From positions 45,170-109,169 of the forward strand of contig JBFWNV010000009.1 in the NCBI GenBank assembly GCA_050250875.1: DNA of 64,000 bases. Direction: 5' to 3'. Origin of the DNA: Vicinamibacterales bacterium. GTDB taxonomy: Bacteria; Acidobacteriota; Vicinamibacteria; Vicinamibacterales; UBA2999. Below the pieces are notes generated by a model. The model was not told the DNA's origin. It saw nothing but the letters and a program-made list of their open reading frames with translations, and made no database searches. The position numbers and the translations under genes were made by a program. Positions 8,963 through 17,636 of the stretch are shown one piece after another. Each line of letters opens with the position of its first letter. Positions within the stretch are counted from its first letter, which is position 1.

Positions 8963-10738
8963 TCACCGCGCGGCCGCGGCCGGCGGCGGCCCCCCGCCGG
9001 CCGAAGGCGCCCCGGCGTGTCCGCGCTGAATCAGGGCCAGGCTGATCCATTGCCAGACGTAGAAGCTGTTGTCGCTGCCGCCGTCGAGGAATCGCGCCCA
9101 CTCGGTCCGTACCGCCGCGGCGTCGAGCCACGACGCGGCCGGACCAGACAGGGCCGTCTCGATGAGATCGGCTGCCCACGTGCGCAGCGGCCCGCGCAGC
9201 CACTCGCGCTGGGGGGTCTGCAGCGGTCGCTTGGGGGCCTCGACGATGCCGCCGGGTAGCAGGTCGGCGGCGATCCGGCGCAGCAGCCACTTGCCCGTGC
9301 CCTCCGCAATCTTCCGCGACGAAGGCTGGCGCATCGCCAGTTCGAACGCCCGGTGGTCGAGAAACGGCTCGCGCAATTCCGTGGACGCCCGCATCGAGAT
9401 CCGGTCGTTGAAGCGCAGCGCGCGGGGGATCTTGGCGCAGGTGTCGCGGTACTGCAGGTTTCTCAAACGGTCGCTGAAGGGGGCCGCCACCGGGTGGGGA
9501 CGGGCGAGTGCCCGGAACTCGCCGGTCAGGCAGTGGGGCCGCACCGGCGAGTCGCTGGCGCCCTGGAGCGCCATCGTCGCCGCGGCCGGTGCCGCCGAGC
9601 GGTAGTAGTCATAGCCGGCCCACTGTTCGTCCATGCCCTGGCCGTCGAGCAGCACGATCGTCCCGGTGGCGCGAGCACGCTCGAACACGCGTGCGTAGGC
9701 CAGCGTCGGCAGGCCGCCGAACGGCTCGTCCTCCGCGGCCTGGACCTGCTCGGCGAGTGGCGGCACGTCGTCGGCCGCCAACGTGCACACGTTGAGCGGA
9801 TGCCGGGTGCGATCCAGCATCTGGACGACCCACGGCGTCTCGTCGTAGGCGGTGTCGCCGGTTGCGAACGTGAACGCCTGGACGCGGCTGTCCGGGCCAT
9901 GGAGCTCACGGACCAGCGCGAGCAGGATCGAGGAATCGAGTCCACCCGACAGGTTGATCCCGACCGGGACGTCGGCGCGGAAGCGCAGCCGCACGCTGTC
10001 GCGCAGCAGCGCCAGGTACTCGTCGGCCACGTCCGCCTCGGGGCGATCGTCGAATGGCTCACCGACGGCCGCCGCCAGGTCGTACCACCGCCACGTCGTC
10101 AGTTCACCGCGGCGCCATCGCAGCGCATGGCCAGGCGGCAGCGAGTGCACGCCCTGCCAGAACGTGCTCGCCGACGTGTCGAGGTGGCCGAGCGCGAGGT
10201 AGGTGGCCCAGGTGGCGACGTCGGCGATCGGGGCGATGCCGCCGGCGTGCAGCGCCTTGATCTCGCTGGCGACGCGGAGCCGCGCCGCCGCGTCCACGGC
10301 GTAGTAGAACGGCTTGACGCCGAACCGATCGCGGGCACCGAACAGCGACTGCTCGCGCTCGTCCCAGATGGCGAACGCGAACATGCCGATCAGACGGCCG
10401 AGGCAGTCCGCTCCCCATCGCTCGTACGCGGCCAGCAGCACTTCGCTGTCGGAGCGGCTCCGGAACGGGTATCCGGATAGCGCCTCACGCAACTCGAGGT
10501 AGTTGTAAATCTCGCCGTTGAACGTCAGCCACAGCCGGCCGTCGGCCGACGACATCGGCTGGGCGCCGGCGGCTGACAGGTCGATGATGCTCAGGCGGTT
10601 GTGACCGAGCCCGGCCAGCCGCGACGGCGAGGCGAAATGCCCGGTGCCGTCCGGACCGCGATGATGCTGGCTCCGCACCATCGCGTCGAGGTCCGCCGCT
10701 TCCCAGCCCGCGCCGACGATCGCCGCAATCCCGCACAT
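8963..10738 (-). CDS. asparagine synthase (glutamine-hydrolysing) family amidotransferase, EPS-associated paralog
   Basis: Start trimmed to the ATG giving the obligatory N-terminal 'MCGIAAIVG'. Class-II GATase motifs are 'HRGPDG', 'GHNRLSIIDL', 'FNGEIYNY' and 'SDSEVLL'. The synthetase domain has 'INLSGGLDSS'. Confidence 0.9.
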   Translation of the reverse strand: MCGIAAIVGAGWEAADLDAMVRSQHHRGPDGTGHFASPSRLAGLGHNRLSIIDLSAAGAQPMSSADGRLWLTFNGEIYNYLELREALSGYPFRSRSDSEVLLAAYERWGADCLGRLIGMFAFAIWDEREQSLFGARDRFGVKPFYYAVDAAARLRVASEIKALHAGGIAPIADVATWATYLALGHLDTSASTFWQGVHSLPPGHALRWRRGELTTWRWYDLAAAVGEPFDDRPEADVADEYLALLRDSVRLRFRADVPVGINLSGGLDSSILLALVRELHGPDSRVQAFTFATGDTAYDETPWVVQMLDRTRHPLNVCTLAADDVPPLAEQVQAAEDEPFGGLPTLAYARVFERARATGTIVLLDGQGMDEQWAGYDYYRSAAPAAATMALQGASDSPVRPHCLTGEFRALARPHPVAAPFSDRLRNLQYRDTCAKIPRALRFNDRISMRASTELREPFLDHRAFELAMRQPSSRKIAEGTGKWLLRRIAADLLPGGIVEAPKRPLQTPQREWLRGPLRTWAADLIETALSGPAASWLDAAAVRTEWARFLDGGSDNSFYVWQWISLALIQRGHAGAPSAGGGPPPAAAAR

Positions 10739-10822
10739 CGGTGTGTCTCCTGCGCCGTCTTCCGACCATCTGATCGCCGGCGAGGCCGCCTGCTCGGGCG
10801 CCGCCGTTGCGCGTCGTGCCAT

Positions 10823-11184
10823 TGCAGTCGGCAGCCATTCTCACCACGACTCGCGGCTGCCTAGTCTGGCACATCCTTGGACCCACTACGCGTGCTGACA
10901 TTCGCCTGATATTCGCATTGAGCCGTCAAATTCGTGGCGAAGGCCTCCCACCCGGAGACGACAAGAACCGTATCGATCGAATGCGAATCCGTCGAATCGG
11001 CTCGGGCCGAATCGTCGTCCCCCGACTCTGAATTCGAAATCGTCTCGCAATTACGGAATAGCGTGCGGGGCACGAATATTGCCCCTCCCTGATGGGCGTC
11101 TCCCCGCCCGCGCTGGTTCAAAACGATCACGAAACGGTAATCGGGCTGGTGCGCCCATCAGGGATAGCGCAGGCCGGGAGCACG
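10823..11184. promoter_or_regulatory. divergent intergenic/promoter region with an ATTCG/CGAAT pentamer array
   Basis: A non-coding gap of about 360 bp between divergently oriented genes, visibly less GC-rich than the flanks. It holds nine copies of ATTCG or its complement between 10900 and 11077. No promoter boxes could be assigned. Confidence 0.35.
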
Positions 11185-14100
11185 ATGATGGTTCCAGGTT
11201 TCTTGTCGCCGGCCGGACGTTCCGTCGGCTCCGTTCACTCGCCGCGTGCAGCGGTCAGGCCATCGCGGTGGTTCGGCTGCTGGGGCGCGGCGATCGTGTC
11301 GCTCGGTCTGGCCGCGACGGCCGACGCCGCCACCTACTACGTCTCGCCCTCCGGTCTGCCGTCCAATGACGGCAGCCTCGCCCGTCCACTCGACCTGCCG
11401 ACGGCGCTGTCGAGCCAGGGGCCGGTGCGCCCCGGCGATACGGTCTGGCTGCGCGGCGGCGTGTACCGCCGGACTGCACAACCGGATGCCAACGGCGATC
11501 TCGCCGTGTTCGTGAGCACGATCAACGGCACCGCGGCGGCGCCGATCGTCGTGCGCCAGTACCCCGGTGAGCGCGCCACCCTCGACGGCAACCTGTCGCC
11601 GTCGTCGCCGGTGCTGATGGTGATGGGGTCCTACACGTGGTACTGGGGCTTTGAGGTCACCAACTCGAATCCGAATCGATCCTCGACCCGCGGCGACGGC
11701 ATCGATACCTACGGACACCACAACCGCCTGATCAACCTGGTCATCCACGACACCGGCAACGGCATCGGCTTCTGGTCGACGGGGCAGGCCGACGACTCCG
11801 AGATTCATGGCTCCCTCGTCTCGCACGTCGGCTGGGAGGCCAGCGACCGAGGACACGGGCACTCGATCTACGTCCAGAACGTCTACGGCGTCAAACGGAT
11901 CACCGACAACATCCTCTTCGAGAGCTTCAGCTTCGGACTGCACGCCTACACGCAGAACGGTCGCATCGACAACCTGACGGTGACCGGCAACATCGCGTTC
12001 AACCACGGCAACCTGTCGCCGGGTAGTGGTGCGAAGGCCAACATCCTGTTCGCTGGCGGCCAGGTGGCGCAGAACCCCAACGTCAGCGGCAACTTTGCCT
12101 ACTACCCGGCAGGCAGCGACGGCCGGGGCTTGGACGTCTCGCTCTGCAACAACGGCCGGCTGCAGAACAACTACCTCGCCGGCGGCACGCCGCTCCGCCT
12201 CGGCGCCTGCAGCAACACCGTGATTTCCGGCAACACCATGTACGGACCGGTAGCCGCGTCGACGACGGCGGCGTATCCCGCCAACGTCTACGGCACTACT
12301 CCGTCGGGCACCTTCGTCGGCGTCCGGCCGAACGCCTACGAGCCAGGCCGCGCCAACGTCGTCATCTACAACTGGGCCCGCCTGCCGGCCGTCACCGTCA
12401 ATCTGGCGGCCGCGGGACTGGCGATCGGCGATCGCTATGAGATTCGCGATGCCCAGAACTACTACGGACCCGCGGTGTTCTCCGGTGTCTACTCCGGGCA
12501 GGCGGTGTTTCCGATGACCGGCCTGACGGCGGCGCCCGTGCTCGGGAGCGTGGCGATCCAGCCCGGACACACCAGCGCCGAGTTCGGCGCGTTCGTGGTC
12601 CAGCGCGTCGACGCCGCGCCGACGCGGCCCCTCGCCGCGTTCTCGGCGACACCGGCGACCATCGATTCCGGTGGTTCGACGACGCTGGCGTGGACGACCT
12701 CCGGCGCGTCGAGCGTGTCGATCGACCAGGGCATCGGCGCCGTGGCGGCGACCGGCTCGCGGGTCGTGGCGCCCACGGTGACCACGACGTACACGCTCAC
12801 GGCGACCAATGCGGCCGGCGCGACCACGAGCCAGGCGGTCGTCACCGTGCGCGTCCCGGCGCCGCAGAATCGGCCTCCGACGGTGTCGGTGACGGCGCCG
12901 AGCGGCGGCAGCGTGGCCGTCCAGGGGGTACCGGTGGCGGTGCGGGCCACGGCAGCCGATCAGGACGGCAGCGTGACGCGCGTCGACTTCTTCGCCGGCG
13001 GGCAGGCGATCGGATCGGATACGACGAGCCCCTATGAAGTCAGCTGGACGCCCGGCGCGCCCGGTCCGTACAGCGTGACGGCGGTGGCGACCGACAACCA
13101 GAACGCCACCACCACTTCGAGCGCGGTGGCGGTGTCGGTGACGGCGGCCCCCGCGCCTGGCGGGCGCACCAACGTGGCGCTGGCCGCCAATGGCGCGACG
13201 GCGACGGCGTCGTCGACCTACACGGTCGACTACGCGCCCGGTGCGGCCATCGACGGGCGCCGTTCAGGAGCGACGCGCGGCCGGCTCGGCACCTGGGAGG
13301 ACGCCAGCGGTGGGGTGCCCGACTGGTTCCAGGTGGCGTTTGCGGCGCCGGCCACGATCGACCAGGTCGACGTGTTCTCGATGCAGGAGCGCCATGCGTC
13401 GCCGGTCGAGCCGACACCGACGCTGACCAGCTACCTGGCGGTCGCCGATTTCGCGGTCCAATACTGGAACGGCACGACGTGGGTCGGGGTGCCGGGCGGG
13501 CAGGTGATCGGCAACACGCTGGTGTGGCGGCAGGTGCGTTTCGCGCCGGTGACGACCACGGCGATTCGTCTCGTGATCACCAAGGTCGCCGGCGGCATCT
13601 CCCGCCTCGCCGAAGTCGAAGCCTGGACGGGCGGCGCCGTTGGCACACCACCACCGGCCAACGTCAAGCCGACGGTGTCGGTGACGGCGCCGAGCGGCGG
13701 CAGCGTGGTCGTCCAGGGGGTACCGGTGGCGGTGCGGGCCACGGCAGCCGATCAGGACGGCAGCGTGACGCGCGTCGACTTCTTCGCCGGCGGGCAGGCG
13801 ATCGGATCGGATACGACGAGCCCCTATGAAGTCAGCTGGACGCCCGGCGCGCCCGGTCCGTACAGCGTGACGGCGGTGGCGACCGACAACCAGAACGCCA
13901 CCACCACTTCGAGCGCGGTGGCGGTGTCGGTGACGGCGGCCCCCGCGCCTGGCGGGCGCACCAACGTGGCGCTGGCCGCCAATGGCGCGACGGCGACGGC
14001 GTCGTCGACCTACACGGTCGACTACGCGCCCGGTGCGGCCATCGACGGGCGCCGTTCAGGAGCGACGCGCGGCCGGCTCGGCACCTGGGAGGACGCCAGC

Positions 14101-14436
14101 GGTGGGGTGCCCGACTGGTTCCAGGTGGCGTTTGCGGCGCCGGCCACGATCGACCAGGTCGACGTGTTCTCGATGCAGGAGCGCCATGCGTCGCCGGTCG
14201 AGCCGACACCGACGCTGACCAGCTACCTGGCGGTCGCCGATTTCGCGGTCCAATACTGGAACGGCACGACGTGGGTCGGGGTGCCGGGCGGGCAGGTGAT
14301 CGGCAACACGCTGGTGTGGCGGCAGGTGCGTTTCGCGCCGGTGACGACCACGGCGATTCGTCTCGTGATCACCAAGGTCGCCGGCGGCATCTCCCGCCTC
14401 GCCGAAATCGAAGCCTGGGGGACGGCGGGCCGATAG
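11185..14436 (+). CDS. large secreted right-handed beta-helix protein with duplicated Ig-like + discoidin (F5/8 type C)-like modules
   Basis: ATG 11185 precedes the signal-like 'WFGCWGAAIVSLGLAATADA'. The beta-helix paralog motifs 'WLRGGVY', 'FEVTNSNP', 'GHGHSIYVQN' and 'RITDN' are present, as is the shared beta-sandwich 'RPNAYEPGRANVVIYNW'. Two nearly identical 250-aa modules follow. The start could instead be the track start at 11092. Confidence 0.85.
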   Translation: MMVPGFLSPAGRSVGSVHSPRAAVRPSRWFGCWGAAIVSLGLAATADAATYYVSPSGLPSNDGSLARPLDLPTALSSQGPVRPGDTVWLRGGVYRRTAQPDANGDLAVFVSTINGTAAAPIVVRQYPGERATLDGNLSPSSPVLMVMGSYTWYWGFEVTNSNPNRSSTRGDGIDTYGHHNRLINLVIHDTGNGIGFWSTGQADDSEIHGSLVSHVGWEASDRGHGHSIYVQNVYGVKRITDNILFESFSFGLHAYTQNGRIDNLTVTGNIAFNHGNLSPGSGAKANILFAGGQVAQNPNVSGNFAYYPAGSDGRGLDVSLCNNGRLQNNYLAGGTPLRLGACSNTVISGNTMYGPVAASTTAAYPANVYGTTPSGTFVGVRPNAYEPGRANVVIYNWARLPAVTVNLAAAGLAIGDRYEIRDAQNYYGPAVFSGVYSGQAVFPMTGLTAAPVLGSVAIQPGHTSAEFGAFVVQRVDAAPTRPLAAFSATPATIDSGGSTTLAWTTSGASSVSIDQGIGAVAATGSRVVAPTVTTTYTLTATNAAGATTSQAVVTVRVPAPQNRPPTVSVTAPSGGSVAVQGVPVAVRATAADQDGSVTRVDFFAGGQAIGSDTTSPYEVSWTPGAPGPYSVTAVATDNQNATTTSSAVAVSVTAAPAPGGRTNVALAANGATATASSTYTVDYAPGAAIDGRRSGATRGRLGTWEDASGGVPDWFQVAFAAPATIDQVDVFSMQERHASPVEPTPTLTSYLAVADFAVQYWNGTTWVGVPGGQVIGNTLVWRQVRFAPVTTTAIRLVITKVAGGISRLAEVEAWTGGAVGTPPPANVKPTVSVTAPSGGSVVVQGVPVAVRATAADQDGSVTRVDFFAGGQAIGSDTTSPYEVSWTPGAPGPYSVTAVATDNQNATTTSSAVAVSVTAAPAPGGRTNVALAANGATATASSTYTVDYAPGAAIDGRRSGATRGRLGTWEDASGGVPDWFQVAFAAPATIDQVDVFSMQERHASPVEPTPTLTSYLAVADFAVQYWNGTTWVGVPGGQVIGNTLVWRQVRFAPVTTTAIRLVITKVAGGISRLAEIEAWGTAGR
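12877..14418 (+). repeat. tandem direct duplication, 792-bp period (cores 12877-13626 and 13669-14418)
   Basis: The protein units differ at 2 of 250 residues. Shadow ORFs in other frames are pairwise identical and offset by 792 nt (13040..13417 vs 13832..14209; 13190..13426 vs 13982..14218). The nucleotide differences found are 12917 C vs 13709 T and 13615 G vs 14407 A. Confidence 0.95.
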
Positions 14437-14484
14437 CGGCGAGGTTGGCAGAATGCCGCGCGCCGCGGCATCATCTGTGGCACA

Positions 14485-15498
14485 GTGAATTCTGAACCGC
14501 AGATACAGGCATACCTGGAGTCGCTGGGCGTACGGGGCCCGGCCGGGCAGTTCATCGGCCGGGTGAGCAACTTCTATCACGAGGCCGAATCCGCGTATTA
14601 CGACCAGATCCATCCCGAGCTGCACGACGCGCTCGCGGTCTGGCGGGCCTCCCTGACGACGATCACGCCGGAACTGCCCGATCGCATCGAGGTGCTGGAC
14701 GTCGGTGCCGGTACCGGCTTTGCGACCGCGGCGGTCGTCGGCGCGCTCGCGCCGCGCATCGCGCGAGTGGTGTGCCTCGACCCCAGCCGGGCGATGCTGG
14801 AGCAGGCCCGTCGGCGCCTGGCCGGGGTGACGCCCGCTCCCGTGTTCGTGGTCGGCGATATCGGCTGCCTCGATGACTCCGCGCCCCGGTTCGACCTGAT
14901 TGTCACCAACTCGGTGCTGCACCATCTGCCCGACATCCAAACCTTCCTCGGCAGCATCAGACGGCTGCTTCGGCCGCGCGGCTTCTACGTGGCCGGGCAC
15001 GAGCCTTCGCGAGACTTCTTCGAGTGTCCGGCGGTTCATCGCTGGACGTCGGTGTACCGGCAGTGGCGCCGGGTGCGGCGGCTGGGCAGCCCGGCGTACT
15101 GGCGGCGGCGGTCCGCGCGAGGTGCCTCGACCGACCTGGAGGCGGCGACCAATGCCGCCCTGGTCCGAGTCGGATTGATCGACCGGCCGCTGCCGCCCGG
15201 AGTGGTTCGGCAGATGATCGACATCCACGTGCCGGGGGCGCCCGGGTTCGGCCTTGGGCTGGGCCTCGGGCTGCCGGGGTTGAGCCGCGACGACATCCTG
15301 TCGGGTGAACTCCGCGGCTTCCAGTGCCGGGTCTCGACCAGCTACTCGCACATCAAGGACTCGCGGGCACGCATGGGACCGGTGTGGCGCGTCATCGACC
15401 GCTGGCTGGCCCGACGCTATCCGATGTCCGGCTCGAACTTCCTCATCGCCGCGCAGCAGCCGGCGGAGGCGGCCCAGACGGAGCGACGCGGCCGCTAG
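14485..15498 (+). CDS. class I SAM-dependent methyltransferase
   Basis: Motif I 'VLDVGAGTGFATAAVVG' and post-I 'VVCLDPS', followed by 'LIVTNSVLHHL'. GTG start at 14485. Confidence 0.85.
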   Translation: MNSEPQIQAYLESLGVRGPAGQFIGRVSNFYHEAESAYYDQIHPELHDALAVWRASLTTITPELPDRIEVLDVGAGTGFATAAVVGALAPRIARVVCLDPSRAMLEQARRRLAGVTPAPVFVVGDIGCLDDSAPRFDLIVTNSVLHHLPDIQTFLGSIRRLLRPRGFYVAGHEPSRDFFECPAVHRWTSVYRQWRRVRRLGSPAYWRRRSARGASTDLEAATNAALVRVGLIDRPLPPGVVRQMIDIHVPGAPGFGLGLGLGLPGLSRDDILSGELRGFQCRVSTSYSHIKDSRARMGPVWRVIDRWLARRYPMSGSNFLIAAQQPAEAAQTERRGR

Positions 15499-15525
15499 TG
15501 GCCCGGCCGGCGCCGCGGCCGCCGA

Positions 15526-16179
15526 TCACGACGGCGATCCGGCGTCGGCGCCGTCCGTGCCCCCGGCGCTGAGCTGTGCCATCGAGGCCTGGCGGTCGGG
15601 GTCGTCGTCCATGCCATCGTAACGGATGAAGTCGAAGCTCCCCCTGTAAGAGGCGATCGTCGCCGGATTGCCGACCATGACGGCCCGTGGCGGCACTGAC
15701 CTGGTGACCACGGCGCCGGCGCCGATGACCGCATCGTCGCCGATGCTGATCCGCCCGACGACGACGGCGTTGGCCGCGATGTACACCCGGTTGCCGATCG
15801 AGGGATGGCCGCCGCGGTCGCCGCGGCCGCCGAACCCGAGGGTCACCCCCTGGGACAGGTTGCAGTTGGCGCCGAGGCGGGTCGACGGGCTGACGATCAC
15901 ATGACCGAAGTGGCCGATGTACAGCCCTTCGGCGATCTCGCCCTCCGGCGCCAGAGAGATGCCGGTGAGGACCTCCATGACCTTGCGGCTGATTTGACAC
16001 AGGAACCGCACGACGGGCCGCAGCCCCGGCGGTATCGGCGCGAAGTACAGACGATGGCTGATGCGGTAGACGGTCGTCGCCCAGAAGCCCTGTGCGAACA
16101 GGACGACGCGCGCCGGGCGCCCCGCGCCGGTCGCGAGATAGCGTCGGAGATCCGACCGGATCAGCTGCCAGACCGTCAT
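15526..16179 (-). CDS. hexapeptide-repeat O-acetyltransferase (serine acetyltransferase/WcaB-like)
   Basis: The N-terminus 'MTVWQLIRSDLRRY' is typical of CysE-like EPS acetyltransferases. Left-handed beta-helix repeats include 'IGHFGHVIVS', 'GVTLGFGG', 'IGNRVYIAANAVVVGRISIGDDAVIGAGAVV'. The ATG overlaps the upstream stop (ATGA). Confidence 0.85.
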   Translation of the reverse strand: MTVWQLIRSDLRRYLATGAGRPARVVLFAQGFWATTVYRISHRLYFAPIPPGLRPVVRFLCQISRKVMEVLTGISLAPEGEIAEGLYIGHFGHVIVSPSTRLGANCNLSQGVTLGFGGRGDRGGHPSIGNRVYIAANAVVVGRISIGDDAVIGAGAVVTRSVPPRAVMVGNPATIASYRGSFDFIRYDGMDDDPDRQASMAQLSAGGTDGADAGSPS

Positions 16180-17600
16180 GCCGTCGCCGCGTGGTGCTCG
16201 CGCGCGATCGCCCGCAGGGCGTCGAGCGTGTGGCGGGCCGACTGTCCCAGCGGCCGGCCGATCTGCAGCTCGGTGAGTCGGCGGCGACCGTCGCGGTCCA
16301 GCGCCGGGTTCTCGAGGTAGGCGTTGACGTGCGCGGCGAGCTCCTGCGGCGAGCGGGCGAAGCGGGCGGCGCCGAGCTCGACCACTGGCCGGTAGTGTTC
16401 GTATCGGTAGTAGAGCTCCCAGACCGGCGTGCCCAGCACCGGCGGGCTCGCCACGTCGAACGCGACGTTCACGACCGGCTTGTCATGCAGCGCGAAGTCG
16501 AGGGTCATCGTCGACGCCATGTTGACGTTGAGGTCGGCATGGTGAGTGAGGTTGGCGAGCAGCTGGACGTCCTCCGCCAGTGGCAGGCTGGCCAGCCAGC
16601 TGCCGGGGTCGGCGTGGAACCAGGCGGGCGGCGACCAGATCAGCTCGGGGTGGTCGCGCCGCACCGGGTCATAGCGCGCCCCGTCGTCTGGCGGCGCCGG
16701 GCGGAGCACCACCTGTGGATTGTCGCGAATCGCGCCGCTCCGAATCAGCTCCAGCAGGATTCTGACGTGCGCCGGATCCTCCGGTGTCGTGCCCCGGTCA
16801 CCGCCGGAGTAGCAGAGGAGCGGCCGACCGGGGTCGGCGTTGAGCCGGCGAAAGCATTCCGTCCTCGACCACAGCAGGGTCTGGTCGGCGTAGGGGTCGA
16901 ACTGCGGAGTGCCGACGATACGCACGCGGTCGGCGGTCACATCCTCGTAATAGGTCAGCAGCTCCTGCTGCATGTGCCGGCTCCACACGACGTAGTAGTC
17001 GAACGGCGCCGCCACCCGGCCTTTGCTGGTGAGGTTGTCCCAGCTGAACACGAAGCTGACCGTCGGGATACCGAGCCGGCGACCGGCAATCACCAGCGGC
17101 AGGATGGCGCCGGCCCGCTGGTTGGAGCAGAAGACCACCGACGGGGCGAGATCGCGCAGCAGCCGCTCGTAGCTGGCCACCTCGGGCTGGCGCTCGGCCA
17201 CCGTTTCGTAGCTGCGGCGGAGCGTCTGTACGCCGCGCGACGATCCGGCCACCCACCCCAGGGTGCGTGAGGCGCGGTGGATGGCCCGAGTTCGCCACGA
17301 GCCGCGGAGCGGCTCGTCCCGGATGCGGCGCATCGCATAGGTGTCGGCCCAGTAGGTGTGGGCGTAGGACAGCGCGTAGCGCAGACCGAAGGTCATCAGC
17401 GCCTCCCGATAGGGCAGCAGCGGCCGCCAGGTGACGGCGCCGGGCCGACGCTCGGCCTGTGTCCGGTAGCCGTCGAGCAGTGCGTCCGGAATGCCGTGAA
17501 GTATCGTCGCGTGTTCGGACGCCGCCAGTTCGTGCAGGAAGCGGCCGAGGACGAAGTTGCGGACGCCGACGCCATCGGGAACGGCGAGAAGCAGATGCAT
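16176..17600 (-). CDS. uncharacterised GT-B-like protein (possible glycosyl- or glycerophospho-transferase)
   Basis: A 474-aa ORF with clean coding composition, an ATG start and translational coupling to the downstream gene. It looks like a two-Rossmann layout, but no family motif was recognised ('FVFSWDNLTSKG', 'IVGTPQFD'). Confidence 0.55.
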   Translation of the reverse strand: MHLLLAVPDGVGVRNFVLGRFLHELAASEHATILHGIPDALLDGYRTQAERRPGAVTWRPLLPYREALMTFGLRYALSYAHTYWADTYAMRRIRDEPLRGSWRTRAIHRASRTLGWVAGSSRGVQTLRRSYETVAERQPEVASYERLLRDLAPSVVFCSNQRAGAILPLVIAGRRLGIPTVSFVFSWDNLTSKGRVAAPFDYYVVWSRHMQQELLTYYEDVTADRVRIVGTPQFDPYADQTLLWSRTECFRRLNADPGRPLLCYSGGDRGTTPEDPAHVRILLELIRSGAIRDNPQVVLRPAPPDDGARYDPVRRDHPELIWSPPAWFHADPGSWLASLPLAEDVQLLANLTHHADLNVNMASTMTLDFALHDKPVVNVAFDVASPPVLGTPVWELYYRYEHYRPVVELGAARFARSPQELAAHVNAYLENPALDRDGRRRLTELQIGRPLGQSARHTLDALRAIAREHHAATA

Positions 17601-17636
17601 GGTGGCCAGTGAACTCCCCTTGACGCGGCCGGGACT

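Noticed and set aside
14453-14471. A GC-rich hairpin (8-bp stem ATGCCGCG/CGCGGCAT, 3-nt loop) in the 48-nt gap after the giant beta-helix gene, considered as an intrinsic terminator.
   Set aside because: No U-tract follows it, and the next gene starts 14 nt downstream on the same strand. It cannot be called a terminator from sequence alone.
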